Below are positions 60,490-64,000 of a stretch of DNA of 64,000 bases, piece after piece; the stretch's first letter is position 1; the number at the start of each line of letters is the position of its first letter. Location of the stretch: NCBI GenBank assembly GCA_964016885.1, contig OZ024744.1:56296001-56360000 (forward strand), read 5' to 3'. A program made the translations under genes and the position numbers. The notes below the pieces were generated by a model. That model saw nothing but the letters and a program-made list of their open reading frames with translations, was not told the DNA's origin and made no database searches. The DNA comes from Eledone cirrhosa (lineage: Eukaryota).

Positions 60490-62050
60490 GCTCTCTTTCT
60501 GGTTCAAAGCTGAATTGCATCTAATTTAAACTAATCAGTTGTTCTATAACCCCTTCATTAACTTTCATGACCTAGTTTACCAACTTGATACCTTCATGAT
60601 TTCCTTTCTCTAATGCATCTTATTTACCTTTGTAACAGTTGACAATGACGCTGCTTTGCAAGTCATTGGGTATGACACCATCTTGTACTACCTGATTTAT
60701 TATGCACATGATTAGTTTATACCCTATAATGCCAGATATTTTCAGCATCTCAGCATGTATACCTGACAGTTCAGCTGCATTCCCTACCATCATATATTTA
60801 ATTGCTTTATTTACTGTACTACTGTCAACACAAATAGCTCCTCCCTCTGTTGGGTCTGCCTGGAGTAGACACTCTTCCTCCATGCATTTAACTTATTTAA
60901 CAGTTGCTGATAATACCCCTTTTTCCCAGTATCAGTGAGGGAAGTGCACCATTAACATTCCAAATACACTTCTTCTCTATAACATTTTGAGTTTCTCTAT
61001 TATACTGCCTTGAAGAACTTCTCTCACTTTTCGTCTCTACATCATAGAATATGCATGAACTTTTTACTTTCTGCTTCTCTCCTTGTTAAGTATACCTAAT
61101 GTCTAACTTCTCTTTAGGCTATTTTGTATTGCTCTCTGCTCACCCCCACCTGTTATTCCAGTCTTTCTGTGCTTGTTTCTTAGCTTTAATTCTCCTATTT
61201 ATCCTACTATTCCATCCCTTCCCTCATTTTGCCAGTCTTTCAATGCCTGTTTTTTTTTGTTTTTCTTTTTAGTTTTAATTGCCCTATCTATCCCACTATT
61301 CCATATTCATATCACCTGTCATGTTGGGATCTTTTATCTGTAGCTTCAGTCTTCTAGAAAACACAAAAGTCTTATATGTTTTAAGTTTCTATCTCTTCTT
61401 CCTTGCTATAGTAAGTGCTGAGTAACTTTTCCTTCAATTTGTCCCTGGTAGCTTTCAGCTCCAATGTCCTTCTTGAAATTGTCTTCTGACTCCCAGTCTG
61501 TTTAGCTCAAATTTTGAAGTCACTAATCCTTAAATTATGTTGGGTGGTACATTCTTCCCCAAAGAGAAATTTTACATTTACAACTATCAATTCCCCTGGA
61601 TTTCTGGTAAGAATAAAAATATCTATCTGGCTAGTGCATTCACATAATTGGTAGCTGATCAGGGAAATGATTGATTTCCAAATGTTTGTAAGACAAATAG
61701 TTAGGTCATTTTCATCACAGAATTCCAGGAACCGTAATCGACTCCTCACTTTTTTGTACTATATCCATAGCTTTCATATTCACCATCCAAACCATCAATG
61801 TTGTCTAACATGTCACCAGCCATAATAATGAGGTCACTAATCATCTATTAATGAAGTAGTCAGCAGGAAGACCTCATAAAAGTTGTCTTTCAGTTCACCA
61901 GCTATAGCTGATTGCAGTGTACAGTGTGTGAGTAGAGATAAGTGTCACAGCCTAAGCTAACTGATTCAATAATTCACTCTGACTACATCGATTACCTTAT
62001 CTATCAATTTTCTGCTAATAGTATGCCTACTACTCAGCCCAATGCTGTTC
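60490..62050 (-). mobile_element. Highly degenerate RTE LINE (endonuclease to RT start)
   Basis: LRFLEFCDENDL, SQIDIFIL, TTQH and VIVNCYKGK remnants. Confidence 0.8.
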
Positions 62051-62199
62051 TATACATGCATATTGAAGCGGGGTAACTGACCTCACAGGATGAATAAGGG
62101 GTAGGGGTAGCTGGTTAGTGTATGGAGAGAGGGGATGTAGCAGTGCGGGGGATGTGCTTGATAGTGAGGGGGAGGGGAGTCACGGGGGTGGGATATATA

Positions 62200-62755
62200 T
62201 TATGTTTTATTTTATTTATTTCTCAGTCAACTCCATCATCTCCCATAAATGTTCCCCCTGCTTGCCTTTAGCAACCTGCTCACATTGTTGACACATCCCA
62301 CCCACCTGCCAACCCACCACCTTTCAGTCCATTGCTTTTCACACATACCCCTCTCTCATTGTACTTGCAACATGGCTGCGTAAAAGGATGTAGTGTGTGT
62401 ACGTCTGTGAAACATATACATATACACCAGGTCTGAACACAAAGGAACCAAACTCCCACTGTCACTGCCTCTGTCTCTCATGCTCTCTCCATCTCTCACT
62501 ATTATGAACAAATGGGGGTCCACATGCTGGTTGCTCCACAGCCCTGGTGGACAGAATAGAGAAGGTGTTTCCCGGGGATGATGGTGAGGGAGATGTGCTG
62601 GAAGAGCCATTCCAGCTCACCAGGGTCACACCTGCAGATAGCCAACTCTGTGCTGATAGTAGGGAGTTGGGAGGTAACCCAAGGACACCAGAAGTCTCCA
62701 CTGTTAGGGGCTCGACTGCAGACCTGATGGAGAGTGACCGATATTACTAATGTCG
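62200..62755 (-). mobile_element. CRE-like retrotransposon 3' relic
   Basis: PLTVETSGVLG and CDPGELEWLFQHIS...GNTFSILST motifs across frameshifts. Confidence 0.6.
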
Positions 62756-63339
62756 ATTCACTACACTGTGGACCATAACTATGCTTAGAAAGGTCAATGA
62801 GTGATTCTTAAGATGCATGAGTGACTGCCCATGACTAAGGGCGCAGTCACTCTGAGTAAAATAAGAATGCATGGGGCAGATGTTGAGTTTTGTAAGTCAT
62901 TGAGATGGTAGATCATTTAGGATGGAAGAGACACCAGTTAAAAACAAGTGCATTAGGCAAATGTGAAGGCAACCCATCTAGGAGTGCAGTGACTCCAATT
63001 AAAAACAACTGCATGGGACAGATGTGGATTCAGTAAGCTGTAGTGAAAGCAGCAGATCTAGGGGGTAGATACTCTGATTAAAATGACTGCATGGGTAGAT
63101 GTGAACTTGATAAGTCATAGTGAAGACAACATATCTAGGAGAGTAGACTATCTAAATAAAAACTGACATAAAGTGGCACAAATAATGCACCCAGTCCATG
63201 CTGTAAAGTGGTTGGTGACAGGAAGAACATCCAGCCAATAAACCCTGCCAAGGGAATGGAAGCTAAAGGACTTTCTGTTTAAACTAGGTTTAGAAAGGCT
63301 CTACGGGCACATATGATGAGATGGGAGATGAGTTAGATA

Positions 63340-64000
63340 CATATGATGCAGAGGACAACTAGAAATTTTTACGTGACAACCTTTTGCAAACTACTGATGA
63401 GACTTGTGGCTGGAGCAAAATGCCAGCCAGACAGAGGGTGACCTGGTGGTGGAACAGCACAGTGGATAGAGTCATTAAGGCCAAGGGACAGGCATGGAAA
63501 GACTGGAAAAATGGGGATAGCAAAGACCAGTACCAGGTAGCTAAGGGAGAAGCTAGATAACAGGTGTACATAGCTTGGAAAGAAACCGAAGAAAAAAAGT
63601 TTACCAATGTCTTGTGACATGAAGATCAGAGCCCTGAGGTATTCTGCATTGCAAGGCAGTGTGCCAGTGGGAATTGGGAAGTTGTTTGGGGAAAAGTGTG
63701 TTTGAAATGACACTTAGCATTTAGTACCACTGATGCTCAAAAGAAAGAGACCTGGAAATGTTACTATGGGAGGCTGATAAATATGGAAAATGAGTGGGAG
63801 GAAGGGAGACTACCCCCAGATGACCTAACAGAGGGATCAGTCATGGAAATCAACAGTTATAGAGCCAAAGAAGCAATCAAGGAGATGAAAAATGGAAAAG
63901 CCATGGGATCATCAGAGATAGCTGCTGAGATGTTAAAAGTATTGGGAGTAGTAGGAGCTGAACTAATAACCCATATAATAAATCAGGTAATACAGGACAG
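63340..64000 (+). mobile_element. Degenerate RTE LINE fragment running off the window
   Basis: TDETCGWS, RVTWWWN and AIKEMKNGKAMGSSEIAAEMLK motifs. Confidence 0.85.

Overview
AT-rich, microsatellite-dense eukaryotic DNA. The SINE/RTE repertoire suggests a cephalopod (octopod), which is an inference. No host exon can be confidently called, and there is a 200-N scaffold gap at 30028-30227. The window is a nested mosaic of retroelements: a full-length but disabled CsRn1-clade Ty3/Gypsy element (476-bp LTRs, tRNA-Trp PBS, CHCC Gag) inserted in an RTE LINE; a near full-length PHD-bearing RTE LINE and many fragments; Tx1/L1-, R4/Dong- and CRE-like relics; two tRNA-derived SINE families; a non-autonomous Helitron; piggyBac- and Tc1-type MITEs; and a solo LTR. 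The least obvious signal is about ten short non-coding inserts in (TA)n runs with a fold-back (inverted arm + spacer + arm + tail) layout. Several carry type I hammerhead ribozymes, including complete motifs and a U3-A8 core variant, consistent with Penelope-like pseudo-LTR derivatives. Other highlights are two unrelated LTRs that both end TG...AA, and a SINE whose 3' end matches the local Tx1-like LINE.
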